From: Dyella sp. | GTDB lineage: Bacteria > Pseudomonadota > Gammaproteobacteria > Xanthomonadales > Rhodanobacteraceae | Direction: 5' to 3' | Assembly (NCBI RefSeq): GCF_035685885.1 | Contig: NZ_DASRZX010000007.1 | Coordinates: 2,085-66,084 of the forward strand | DNA length: 64,000 bases | In this document: positions 8,024-16,680 of the stretch, piece by piece | Layout: every line of letters starts with the position of its first letter | Numbering within the stretch: position 1 is the first letter of the stretch | Translations under genes and position numbers: made by a program | The notes under the pieces: model-generated | The model's input: the letters and a program-made list of their open reading frames with translations, nothing else | What the model was told of the DNA's origin: nothing | Database searches by the model: none

Positions 8024-10225
8024 TTACTTCTTCTGCGGCGCTTCCTTCAGGCCACGATTGAGCAGCATCGGCTCGATGGTCGGGTCCTTGCCACGCCAGT
8101 CCTTGTACATCTTGCCCAGTTCCTCGGTGTTGCCGCGCGAAAGGATCATCTCGCGGAAGCGGTCGCCGTTCTCGCGGGTCAGGCCGCCCTTGTCCACAAA
8201 GCCCTGGAAGGCATCATCGGCCAGCATCTCGGTCCACAGGTAGGCGTAGTAACCGGCGGCATAACCGTTGCCCCAGATGTGCTGGAAGTAGCTTGAGCGA
8301 TAACGCGGCGGCACGTAGCTGAGGTTGATCTTGGCCTTGGCCAGCGCATCGGCTTCGAACTTGTCCGGGTCCTGCTTCGGCATATCGGCGCTCAGGCTAT
8401 GCCAGCTCATGTCGAGCAGCGCGGCGGAGACCAGCTCGGTCATGTCGTAGCCCTTGTTGAAGGTCTTCGACTTCTTGATCTTCTCCACCAGCTCGGCCGG
8501 CATCGGCTCGCCCGTCTTATAGTTCTTCGCGTAGTTGGCGAAGATCTTCGGGTCGGTGGCCCAGTGCTCGTTGAACTGCGACGGGAATTCCACGAAGTCG
8601 CGCGCGGTGGCCGCACCCGACAGGCTCGGATACTCGGAGTTGGCGAAGATGCCGTGCAGGCCATGGCCGAACTCGTGGAACATGGTGATCACGTCGTCGA
8701 ACGACAGCAGCGCCGGCTGGCCCGGCGCGGGCTTGGTGAAGTTCGCCACGTTGAACACCACCGGCTTGGTGCCCATCAGCTTGGACTGGTCGACCAGGTT
8801 GCTCATCCAGGCGCCGCCGTTCTTGTTGTCGCGCTTGAAGTAGTCGCAGTAGAACAGCGCGAGCGAGCTGCCGTCCTTGTCGAACACTTCGAACACGCGC
8901 ACATCCGGCTGCCACACCGGGATGTCCTTGCGCTCCTTGAAGGTCAGGCCGTAGAGCTGGTTGGCGGCGTAGAACACGCCGTTCTGCAGCACGTTGTCCA
9001 GTTCGAAGTACGGCTTGATCTGCGATTCGTCCAGATCGTACTTGGCCTTGCGCACCTGCTCCGAATAGTGGTTCCAGTCCCACGCCTCGACCTTGAAACC
9101 GCCCTTCTGCTGGTCGATCACGTCCTGGATGTCCTTGGCCTCGCGCTCGGCGCGCGCCGTGGCGGCCGGGGCCAGCTTGTCCATGAAGGTCAGCGCCGCT
9201 TCCGGCGTCTTGGCCATCTGGTCTTCCAACTTCCACGCGGCGTAGCTGGAGAAGCCCAGCACCTTGGCTTGCTCGGCGCGGATCTGCGCAATGCGGCCGA
9301 TCATGTCGCGCGTGTCGTTGGCGTCGCCCTTCTCGGCGCGATCCCACGAAGCCTTGAACAGCTGCTCGCGCGTGGCGCGATCATTGAGGCTCTGCAGCGC
9401 CGGCTGCTGCGTGGTGTTCTGCAGCGGGATCACCCACTTGCCGTCGAGCTTGCGCGCCTTGGCCGCTTCCACTGCCGCAGCGATGTCGCCATCGGACAGG
9501 CCATCGAGCTTGGCCTTGTCATCCACCACCAGCGCGCCGGCCTTGGTGGCGGCGAGCAGCTTGTTGGTGAACTGCGTGCTGAGCGTGGACTCTTCCTTGT
9601 TGAGATCCTTCAGCTTCGCCTTGTCGGCGTCGGACAGCTTGGCACCACCACGCACGAAGTTCTTGTAAGTCACTTCAACGAGACGCTTGGATTCCGGATC
9701 GAGCTTGAGCGAATCGCGCTGCTCGTAGATGGTCTCGATGCGCTTGAACAGCTTGTCGTTCATCACGATCGCGTCCTGGTGCTCGGCGAGCTTGGGCGCT
9801 TCTTCTTCCTGCACCTTCTGGATCGTGTCGTTGGTGTTCGCGCCGCTGACGGCATTGAACGCCTGCATCACGCGCTGCATCAGCTGGCCCGACTTCTCCA
9901 TCGGGATGAAGGTGTTCTCGAAGGTCGGCGCATCCGGGTTGTCGGCGATCTTCTGGATCTCCGCCAGGTGCTGCTTCATGCCTTCTTCGAACGCAGGCTG
10001 GTAGTCGCCATCCTTGATCTTGTCGAACGGCGGCGCCTGGAACGGCAGCGTGCTGGGCTCGAGGAACGGGTTCACGGCGCTGACCTCCGGCGTGGCGGCC
10101 GCAGTGGAAGCCTTGGCAGGCGTGGTGCTGGCCGGGGCGGGCTGCGCGGCTTGCTCGTTGGACTGCTGCGAGCAGGCGGCGAGCGCGATGGAAGTGGCAA
10201 TGACGAGAGTGCGGAGACGAAGCAT
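8024..10225 (-). CDS. dcp: Peptidyl-dipeptidase Dcp (M3 metallopeptidase), predicted lipoprotein
   Basis: FHEFGHGLH zinc motif, RDFVEFPSQ, YYAYLWTEML; lipobox LAAC after MLRLRTLVIA. Confidence 0.9.
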   Translation of the reverse strand: MLRLRTLVIATSIALAACSQQSNEQAAQPAPASTTPAKASTAAATPEVSAVNPFLEPSTLPFQAPPFDKIKDGDYQPAFEEGMKQHLAEIQKIADNPDAPTFENTFIPMEKSGQLMQRVMQAFNAVSGANTNDTIQKVQEEEAPKLAEHQDAIVMNDKLFKRIETIYEQRDSLKLDPESKRLVEVTYKNFVRGGAKLSDADKAKLKDLNKEESTLSTQFTNKLLAATKAGALVVDDKAKLDGLSDGDIAAAVEAAKARKLDGKWVIPLQNTTQQPALQSLNDRATREQLFKASWDRAEKGDANDTRDMIGRIAQIRAEQAKVLGFSSYAAWKLEDQMAKTPEAALTFMDKLAPAATARAEREAKDIQDVIDQQKGGFKVEAWDWNHYSEQVRKAKYDLDESQIKPYFELDNVLQNGVFYAANQLYGLTFKERKDIPVWQPDVRVFEVFDKDGSSLALFYCDYFKRDNKNGGAWMSNLVDQSKLMGTKPVVFNVANFTKPAPGQPALLSFDDVITMFHEFGHGLHGIFANSEYPSLSGAATARDFVEFPSQFNEHWATDPKIFANYAKNYKTGEPMPAELVEKIKKSKTFNKGYDMTELVSAALLDMSWHSLSADMPKQDPDKFEADALAKAKINLSYVPPRYRSSYFQHIWGNGYAAGYYAYLWTEMLADDAFQGFVDKGGLTRENGDRFREMILSRGNTEELGKMYKDWRGKDPTIEPMLLNRGLKEAPQKK

Positions 10226-10336
10226 CAGGATTCCCCTGCGGGTGAAAAAATCGAACCCGCAGCCTAACCACACCTTGGCTGGGGTGCCAAGGGCTGGAAG
10301 TCCTGGCCTCATTCTTGCCTTTGCCCGTCGTCTCCT

Positions 10337-10420
10337 TGCGGGAGCGCACCCTGTGCGCGACTCGCTACGCCGCGACGCATCATCTTCGTTGGGTCGTCGC
10401 GCACAGAGTGCGCTGCCACA
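10337..10420. repeat. REP doublet, degenerate copy
   Basis: tgcgggagcgcaccctgtgcgcga ... tcgcgcacagagtgcgctgccaca; inverted arms similar to those at 21463 and 47478. Confidence 0.75.
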
Positions 10421-10429
10421 ACAACAACC

Positions 10430-10780
10430 TCAGGCCTGGCGCATGTCCCGCAGCTGCCAGCTCGGGCCGATCAACAAGTTCAGCCGATGGCGCACGACGT
10501 TCATGGGCAGGTCGGTGATCAGGTCCACGTCGGTGCGCAGATCGTGCACTTCCGCCATCACCGTGGCACTGGGGTCGGTGACCGCCAGCGCGGGATCGAC
10601 GTCGTCAGGCTCGTCCTGCATCGCGCGCCAGCGCTGGAACAGCGTGGCCGTGCGCAACGATTCTTGCAACGCAGCAGCAAAATCATTCGGACCGGCGCCG
10701 TCATAGCTCAACGAGGGGACGGGGCCACGTGCTTGGGCAAGATCGGCAATGGAAAGGTAGTAGTGGCTACGCGCGGCCAT
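10430..10780 (-). CDS. Small hypothetical protein (116 aa)
   Basis: MAARSHYYLSIADL...VRHRLNLLIGPSWQLRD; high GC3 codon usage; directly downstream of bioD. Confidence 0.7.
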   Translation of the reverse strand: MAARSHYYLSIADLAQARGPVPSLSYDGAGPNDFAAALQESLRTATLFQRWRAMQDEPDDVDPALAVTDPSATVMAEVHDLRTDVDLITDLPMNVVRHRLNLLIGPSWQLRDMRQA

Positions 10781-10830
10781 GGCGGCACTCCGGGATCGAC
10801 AGTCGCATGCAAACACGCGACGCGTGAAGA

Positions 10831-11502
10831 TCACTCCAAGATGGCGTCCAGATCCAGTCGTGATGCCGCCTCGTGCGGCGGCGCGCCATGCGGCAGCACG
10901 CCCAGGCACGGCGCCGGCAGCATCCGGCGCAGCGTCGTCAGGTTCTCTTCCACGGCCGCCATGTCCGGATCGATGAGATTGCCGATCCAACCCACCAGGC
11001 GGCAGCCGTCCGTGGCGATGGCGCGCGCTGAGAGCAACGCATGGTTGAGGCAGCCCAGGCGCATGCCCACCACCAACACCACCGGCAGCTGCCACTGCCT
11101 GGCGATGTCCGACGCCAGCAATCCGCGCGACAGCGGCACCAGCCAGCCACCCACGCCCTCCACCAGCACGGCGTCGTGCATGTCGCGCAGGCGCAGGAAC
11201 GCCTCGTGCAGCGGCGCCAGGCCGATCTCCACACCGTCGTGCGCCGCCGCCAGGTGCGGCGAAAGCGGCTCGCGCAACGCGATGGGGTTGATCCATTCGT
11301 AGGGCATGAGCGCGCTGCTTGCCGCCTGCAGTGCGAGTGCATCGTCGTTGCGCAGGCCTTCGGCGGTTTGCGTGCATCCGCTCGCCACTGGCTTCATGCC
11401 GCATGCGCTGCGGCCTGTCGCGCGCAGCGCATGCAACAGGGCGCACGTGGCGTGGGTCTTGCCCACGCCCGTATCAGTGCCCGCGATGAAGAACGTCGAC
11501 AT
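10831..11502 (-). CDS. bioD: Dethiobiotin synthase
   Basis: FIAGTDTGVGKT, MKPVASG, EGVGG, LGCLNHALLS. Confidence 0.95.
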   Translation of the reverse strand: MSTFFIAGTDTGVGKTHATCALLHALRATGRSACGMKPVASGCTQTAEGLRNDDALALQAASSALMPYEWINPIALREPLSPHLAAAHDGVEIGLAPLHEAFLRLRDMHDAVLVEGVGGWLVPLSRGLLASDIARQWQLPVVLVVGMRLGCLNHALLSARAIATDGCRLVGWIGNLIDPDMAAVEENLTTLRRMLPAPCLGVLPHGAPPHEAASRLDLDAILE

Positions 11503-11606
11503 GCGCCTGTCCCCTGTTGACCGCAACCATCGTTCTGCGGGCGGCGTTATGCCGCAGTGCAGCGCGTCGGCGCATAATACGTTCTTTGACAGCGAGGCCC
11601 ATGCCC

Positions 11607-12098
11607 ATGTTCGACGTATCCACGCAGGCCTATGCCAGCAAGCGCGAGCACTACGAAGACCTGTGCAGCCAGGCGCGCGGCCTGCTGGAGGGCGAGCCGA
11701 ACGTGATCGCCAACGCCGCCAACTTCTCGGCGCTGCTGTATCACAGCTTGCCGGACCTCAACTGGTGCGGTTTCTACCTCTACGACGGCACCGAACTGGT
11801 GGTTGGCCCCTTCCAGGGCAAGCCGGCCTGCATCCGCATCGCGCTGGGCCGCGGCGTGTGCGGCACCGCGGCGCAGACGCGCCAGACCCAGGTCGTGCGC
11901 GACGTGCATGATTTCGACGGCCACATTGCCTGCGACGCAGCATCACAGTCGGAAATCGTGGTGCCGCTGGTGCGCGCCGACGGCAGCCTGTTTGGCGTGT
12001 GGGACGTGGACAGCCCGTCCATCGCGCGCTTCGACGACGAAGACCGCGCCGGCATGGAAGCGCTGTGCGCGGTGTTCATGAAGTGCGTGAACGGTTGA
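11607..12098 (+). CDS. msrC: GAF-domain free methionine-(R)-sulfoxide reductase
   Basis: ANAANFSALLY, NWCGFY, GPFQGKPAC, GRGVCG, HIACDAASQSEIVVP. Confidence 0.85.
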   Translation: MFDVSTQAYASKREHYEDLCSQARGLLEGEPNVIANAANFSALLYHSLPDLNWCGFYLYDGTELVVGPFQGKPACIRIALGRGVCGTAAQTRQTQVVRDVHDFDGHIACDAASQSEIVVPLVRADGSLFGVWDVDSPSIARFDDEDRAGMEALCAVFMKCVNG

Positions 12099-12109
12099 GA
12101 CTTTCGCTC

Positions 12110-12130
12110 GTCGTCCCAACGAGGGACGAC
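12110..12130. terminator. Hairpin between convergent msrC and engB
   Basis: gtcgtccc-aacga-gggacgac. Confidence 0.55.
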
Positions 12131-12146
12131 AAAGCCTTCTCGGGGT

Positions 12147-12782
12147 TTATTCGCGCGGCGTATTGAGCAAGGTCATCACCGCCGCGCGTGCTTCCTCCAC
12201 GCCCGTCGGCGTCTGCGAGGAGAACATCTGCGCCGTGGCGTGCGTGCCGCCGGCCACCAGCTCCTTTCGCAACGCGGCCAGGGCCTGCGCCGCCTGGTTG
12301 CGCGAAAGCTTGTCCGCCTTGGTCAGCAGCACGTGGCAGGGCAAGTGCGTGACGAAGCAGAAATCCAGCATCAGCCGATCGAATTCCTTCATCGGATGGC
12401 GGATATCGGTAATCAGCACGATGCCGCGCAAGCTGCGGCGTTGGTGCAGGTAAGCGTCGATTTCCTGCTTCCAGTGCTCGCGCAGCTCCGGCGGAACCTT
12501 GGCGTAACCGTAGCCCGGAAGGTCGATCAGGCGTGCCGCAAGCGGCGCCTCGCCTTCGCCCTGTGCCAGCGGCGGCAGCGAAAACGCGACCATCTGCTGC
12601 GTGCGGCCAGGCGTCTTGGACGTGCGCGCCAGGCCTCGATGCGCTGTCAACGCATTGAGCGCGCTGGACTTGCCCGCATTGGAGCGTCCGGCAAAAGCCA
12701 CTTCGGCGCCGCTATCGGGCGGAAGCTGTGAGATTCGATGGGCGGCGAGTACGAACTGGGCGCCCTGCAAAGGATTGGACAT
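12147..12782 (-). CDS. engB: Ribosome biogenesis GTPase YihA/EngB
   Basis: GRSNAGKSS (G1), DLPGYG (G3), TKADK (G4), SKTPGRT. Confidence 0.95.
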   Translation of the reverse strand: MSNPLQGAQFVLAAHRISQLPPDSGAEVAFAGRSNAGKSSALNALTAHRGLARTSKTPGRTQQMVAFSLPPLAQGEGEAPLAARLIDLPGYGYAKVPPELREHWKQEIDAYLHQRRSLRGIVLITDIRHPMKEFDRLMLDFCFVTHLPCHVLLTKADKLSRNQAAQALAALRKELVAGGTHATAQMFSSQTPTGVEEARAAVMTLLNTPRE

Positions 12783-12892
12783 GGTTTGACCGACTAAGGT
12801 GGCGCGGAGATAATCCGTCAGTTTCTGCCAGTTGCGGACGTGCAGGCCAGCGCGAGCCGTGCAGCCATAGCAGTTTTTCGGGAGACAAGTGT

Positions 12893-13672
12893 ATGAGTTT
12901 TCGGCCCGCCGGTTTCCGGCCCGCTGTTGTTGGTTATGCCGTAGCTTTCGTCTTTGCGCTGTCTTCCAGCGTAGTGCTCGCCCAGGAAGCCAAGGCTCCC
13001 GCCGCTGCGGCCAGTGCCGCGCAGCCGGCCGCGGCCGCTCCCGCCGCCGAAGCGGCCAAGCCCGCCGAGGCTACCGCCGCCCTCAAGCCCGGTGACGCCG
13101 CTGCCGGCGCCGGCAAGGCTGCCGCCTGTGGCGCCTGCCACGGCATGGACGGCAATTCCAGCGACGCCCAGTACCCCAAGCTCGCCGGCCAGCACGAGTC
13201 CTACATCGTCCGCCAGCTCACCGACTTCAAAAGCGGCAAGCGCCAGAACCCGATCATGCTCGGCATGTCCACCCCGCTCTCCGAGCAGGACATGCACGAC
13301 ATCGGCGCCTATTTCGCCAGCAAGAGTGCCCTGCCCGGCGTCGCCGACCAGGCCCTTGTCGAGCGCGGCGAGCAGCTTTATCGCCAGGGCGACACCACCA
13401 AGGGCGTGCCCGCCTGCATGGCCTGCCACAGCATCGACGGCCGCGGTAACCCGGGCGCGATGTATCCGCAGCTGACCAGCCAGCACGCGCAGTACATCGA
13501 AGCGACGCTGAAGTCCTGGCACGACGGCACCACCTGGGGCGATGACGCGCACGCGCAGATCATGCCGGGCATCGCCAAGAAGCTGGACGAGAAGGACATC
13601 ACCGCCATCGCCAGCTACATTGAAGGCTTGCACGCTGCCGACGGCGCCTCGGGCGCATCGGCCGCCAAGTAA
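12893..13672 (+). CDS. Dihaem cytochrome c4
   Basis: Two CxxCH motifs (CGACH, CMACH), YPKLAGQH, signal peptide; divergent from engB as commonly seen. Confidence 0.92.
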   Translation: MSFRPAGFRPAVVGYAVAFVFALSSSVVLAQEAKAPAAAASAAQPAAAAPAAEAAKPAEATAALKPGDAAAGAGKAAACGACHGMDGNSSDAQYPKLAGQHESYIVRQLTDFKSGKRQNPIMLGMSTPLSEQDMHDIGAYFASKSALPGVADQALVERGEQLYRQGDTTKGVPACMACHSIDGRGNPGAMYPQLTSQHAQYIEATLKSWHDGTTWGDDAHAQIMPGIAKKLDEKDITAIASYIEGLHAADGASGASAAK

Positions 13673-13680
13673 GCTGCTTC

Positions 13681-13708
13681 GACACGCCGGCCCGATGGCC
13701 GGCGTGTC
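13681..13708. repeat. 12-bp GC-rich intergenic hairpin
   Basis: gacacgccggcc-cgat-ggccggcgtgtc; no U-tract. Confidence 0.6.
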
Positions 13709-13741
13709 CGTTCCAAGCCAGACAAAGTATCGAGGACCACC

Positions 13742-14626
13742 ATGCTGAAGCGTTTGTCGTTCCTGTGTGCCGCCCTGCTCGCGCTCGCCGCCTGCAGCAA
13801 CAACAACGACAACGCCAGCACTGCGCAGCCGCCGGCTCCGACACCGGCACCGGCAGCCACCGCGCCCGCGACCCAGCCGACGCCCGCTGCCACCGCGCCG
13901 GCCCCGGCTGCTGCTTCCACCGCCGCTCCCGCCCCGGCCGCCAGCGCCGCAGCGGCGGAAGCACCGGCTGCACCAAGCCCGACCCCCGCCACACCGTTCG
14001 TCGACAACGGCAAGTGGGTGGAAGGCAAGCACTACGTGCGCATCGAACCGGCTCAGCCCAAGCTGACCAATACCGACAAGATCGAAGTTGTCGAGGTGTT
14101 CTCCTACGGCTGCCCGGCCTGCAACCAGTTCCACCCCACCATGAACAAGCTGGTGCAGGAGCTGCCGTCCACCGCCGTGGTCGCCTATCTGCCCGCCTCG
14201 TTCATGCCGCAGGAAAACTGGCCGATGCTGCAGCGTGCCTTCCTCGCCGCGCAGGCGCTGGGCGTGGCTGACAAGGCCAACGATGCAATGTACGACGCCG
14301 TGTGGAAGACCAACGAACTCAGCGCGCTGAAGGCCGGCGGCAATGGCCTTAAGCCGGCCTCTGCACTGCCGACGATCGATGACGCCGCCAAGGTCTACGC
14401 CAAGTTCGGCGCCGATCCGCAGGAGTTCGCGGCCGTGGCCAATTCCTTCACCATCAACACCAAGGTCAAGCGCTCCGACGAACTGGTGAAGAACTACGGC
14501 GTGGAAGAAACGCCGACCATCATCATCGACGGCAAGTATCGCCTCACCCCACGCGCCGCCGGCAGCTACGAAGATACGGTGGAACTGGTGAAGTGGCTGG
14601 TGTCCAAGGAAGCGGCCGGCAAGTAA
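13742..14626 (+). CDS. dsbA: DsbA-family thiol:disulfide oxidoreductase, lipoprotein with Pro/Ala linker
   Basis: EVFSYGCPAC, ETPTIIIDGKY cis-Pro loop, lipobox LAAC. Confidence 0.88.
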   Translation: MLKRLSFLCAALLALAACSNNNDNASTAQPPAPTPAPAATAPATQPTPAATAPAPAAASTAAPAPAASAAAAEAPAAPSPTPATPFVDNGKWVEGKHYVRIEPAQPKLTNTDKIEVVEVFSYGCPACNQFHPTMNKLVQELPSTAVVAYLPASFMPQENWPMLQRAFLAAQALGVADKANDAMYDAVWKTNELSALKAGGNGLKPASALPTIDDAAKVYAKFGADPQEFAAVANSFTINTKVKRSDELVKNYGVEETPTIIIDGKYRLTPRAAGSYEDTVELVKWLVSKEAAGK

Positions 14627-14667
14627 GCCGCGCCATCATCCAACACGATCACCCGAGGTTCCCCTTC

Positions 14668-15318
14668 ATGTTCAAGCGTTTCGCCTCACTGCGTGCAATC
14701 AGCCTGTTTGCCGGCCTGCTGCTGGCCAGCGCCTGCACGGCCGGTTCCAATGAGCCTGCGCCCTATACCAACGGCACCGAGTACGTGACGCTCGACGGCC
14801 CCGCCCATCGCTACAGCAGCGAGGGCAAGGTGGAAGTGGTCGAAGTGTTCTCCTATGGCTGCATCCACTGCGCGCACTTCGCGCCGATTGCCGAACAGAT
14901 GCGCAAGCAGCTGCCGCCGGGCGTGGTGTTCAAGCTGCTGCCGGCCGCGTTCAACGACCAGTGGGTGCCGTTCGCGCGCGCCTTCTACGCCGCCAAACAG
15001 CTGGGCGTGCTCGAGCAGACGCACCTGGCGCTGTTCCAGGCCAAGTTCGACAACCACTATCCGATCTCCACGCTGGACGAACTGGCCGATTTCTACGCCA
15101 CCCACGGCGTGAAGCGCGAAGACTTCATGCGCATTGCCACCTCCGACGAAGTCACCGCGCAGATCCGCAAGGATGCCGCGCTGGTGCAGGCGTGGCAGGT
15201 CGATGGCACGCCCACCATCGTGGTCAACGGCAAGTACCGCAGCGCCAACATCAAGACGCTGGATCAACTGTCCGCATTGACCCAATGGCTGGCCAAGCGC
15301 GAGCTTGCCGGGAAGTAA
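14668..15318 (+). CDS. dsbA: DsbA-family thiol:disulfide oxidoreductase, second paralog
   Basis: EVFSYGCIHC, GTPTIVVNGKY. Confidence 0.88.
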   Translation: MFKRFASLRAISLFAGLLLASACTAGSNEPAPYTNGTEYVTLDGPAHRYSSEGKVEVVEVFSYGCIHCAHFAPIAEQMRKQLPPGVVFKLLPAAFNDQWVPFARAFYAAKQLGVLEQTHLALFQAKFDNHYPISTLDELADFYATHGVKREDFMRIATSDEVTAQIRKDAALVQAWQVDGTPTIVVNGKYRSANIKTLDQLSALTQWLAKRELAGK

Positions 15319-15439
15319 ATCGTTGCGGGGGAAGGCTTTCCGGAACTTTCCCCGCATTCACGTGCAGGCGGGCATGCTTGCGCACCCGACAGAACCGCCG
15401 ATGGCGCCTGTCATCCTTTCCCAATAACCTGCCCGCCCG

Positions 15440-16249
15440 ATGAATCGCGCCGACACTTCCGCCCCCGCAGCCCCCGAGCGTCGCCTGCGCCTGCTCAGCT
15501 GCAACATCCTGGCCGGCGCCAGCGTGCAGCGTTACCACGAATACGTCACCCGCAGCATCAACGCGGTGCTGCCCGGCCGCAGCAAGCTGGACAATCTCGA
15601 TCGCCTGGCCGAAGTGCTGCCGCAGTTCGATGTCATCGGCCTGCAGGAGGCCGACGCGGGCAGCCTGCGCTCGGGCTTTCTCAACCAGACGCGCTACCTC
15701 GCCGAAGCGGCGGGCATGCCGTTCTGGAGCCATCAGCCGAACCGCCCCATGGCGCGCCTGGCGCATTCGGCCAACGGCCTGATCAGCCGGCTGGAACCCT
15801 CCAGCGTGCTCGACTATCCGCTGCCCAGCCGCATTCCCGGTCGCGGTGCATTGCTGGCGCGTTTTGGCGAAGGCCCCGATGCGCTGGCCGTGATGATCGC
15901 CCACCTGTCGCTGAGCGCGCCTGCGCGCGCCAAGCAGCTAGGCTTCATCGGCGAGGTGATGCAGGACTATCGCCATGCCGTGTTGATGGGCGACCTCAAC
16001 ACGGATCTGCACAGCACCGAGATGAAGCACCTGTTCGCCAAGTCACCGCTGGTGCCGCCGGAACGTGTGACGCCCACGTTTCCCAGCTGGAAGCCGCGGC
16101 GCGCGCTCGACCACATCCTTACATCCGAGGCGATCCAGCTCGACAAGGTCTGGGCGTTGCCGCAGGCTTTCTCCGATCACCTGCCGCTGGCCGCGGAAAT
16201 CCGCCTGCCGGGGCACGTCGCACCACAACCCCACCGACTGCGCCGATGA
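15440..16249 (+). CDS. Endonuclease/exonuclease/phosphatase (EEP) family protein
   Basis: LLSCNI, IGLQEAD, HLSL, MGDLN, LDHIL, SDHLPL. Confidence 0.9.
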   Translation: MNRADTSAPAAPERRLRLLSCNILAGASVQRYHEYVTRSINAVLPGRSKLDNLDRLAEVLPQFDVIGLQEADAGSLRSGFLNQTRYLAEAAGMPFWSHQPNRPMARLAHSANGLISRLEPSSVLDYPLPSRIPGRGALLARFGEGPDALAVMIAHLSLSAPARAKQLGFIGEVMQDYRHAVLMGDLNTDLHSTEMKHLFAKSPLVPPERVTPTFPSWKPRRALDHILTSEAIQLDKVWALPQAFSDHLPLAAEIRLPGHVAPQPHRLRR

Positions 16250-16680
16250 AGCGAACGCTTGCCCTGATCCTGCCCTGGCTGTTGCTGCTGGTGATCGCTG
16301 CGCTGCCGCTGCTGCTGCGCTACGGCCTGGTGGAATCGGCCGAGCTGGCGCGCGTCTGCGATGCAGGCAAGACGCTGGCTTGCGAGGTTCGCCACATCAC
16401 CGTGCTGGGTTTCATCACCGGCAATATCGGTGGGCTGCGCATCGGCGTCTTCGGCTGGGTGGCGCTGGCCGCGATGCTGCTGGCGCTGTGGCACGTGCGC
16501 GTGTTCACCGCCTGGCTTGCGGCGGCCACGGGTCTGTTCGCCGTGGTGCTGTACTGCTTTGAACCCGGCGCGCTGGCGCTATTGGTGGGCTGCCTTCGCC
16601 TGGTGCGCGCGCAGGCGAACGGTGTGGACCCAGCGGATCAGCACGGCGCCACCCAGCGCGAGATTGGCGCCCATCCATAG
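16246..16680 (+). CDS. Hypothetical membrane protein
   Basis: ATGA overlap with the EEP gene; 3-4 hydrophobic segments. Confidence 0.7.
   Translation: MKRTLALILPWLLLLVIAALPLLLRYGLVESAELARVCDAGKTLACEVRHITVLGFITGNIGGLRIGVFGWVALAAMLLALWHVRVFTAWLAAATGLFAVVLYCFEPGALALLVGCLRLVRAQANGVDPADQHGATQREIGAHP

Noticed and set aside
8024-10225. dcp as part of the D-Glu system
   Set aside because: Convergent, separated by a bidirectional terminator, and lacks the promoter module; adjacency alone is not evidence.
10831-11502. bioD separated from other bio genes
   Set aside because: Split bio genes are common in this group; no sign of rearrangement in the sequence.
13850-13990. Repetitive GC-rich tracts in dsbA, cytochrome c4, dcp, coxB and the phosphatase (ggggcc x3 near 59052)
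   Set aside because: They encode Pro/Ala linkers; no repeat-spacer periodicity, so not CRISPR or VNTR.
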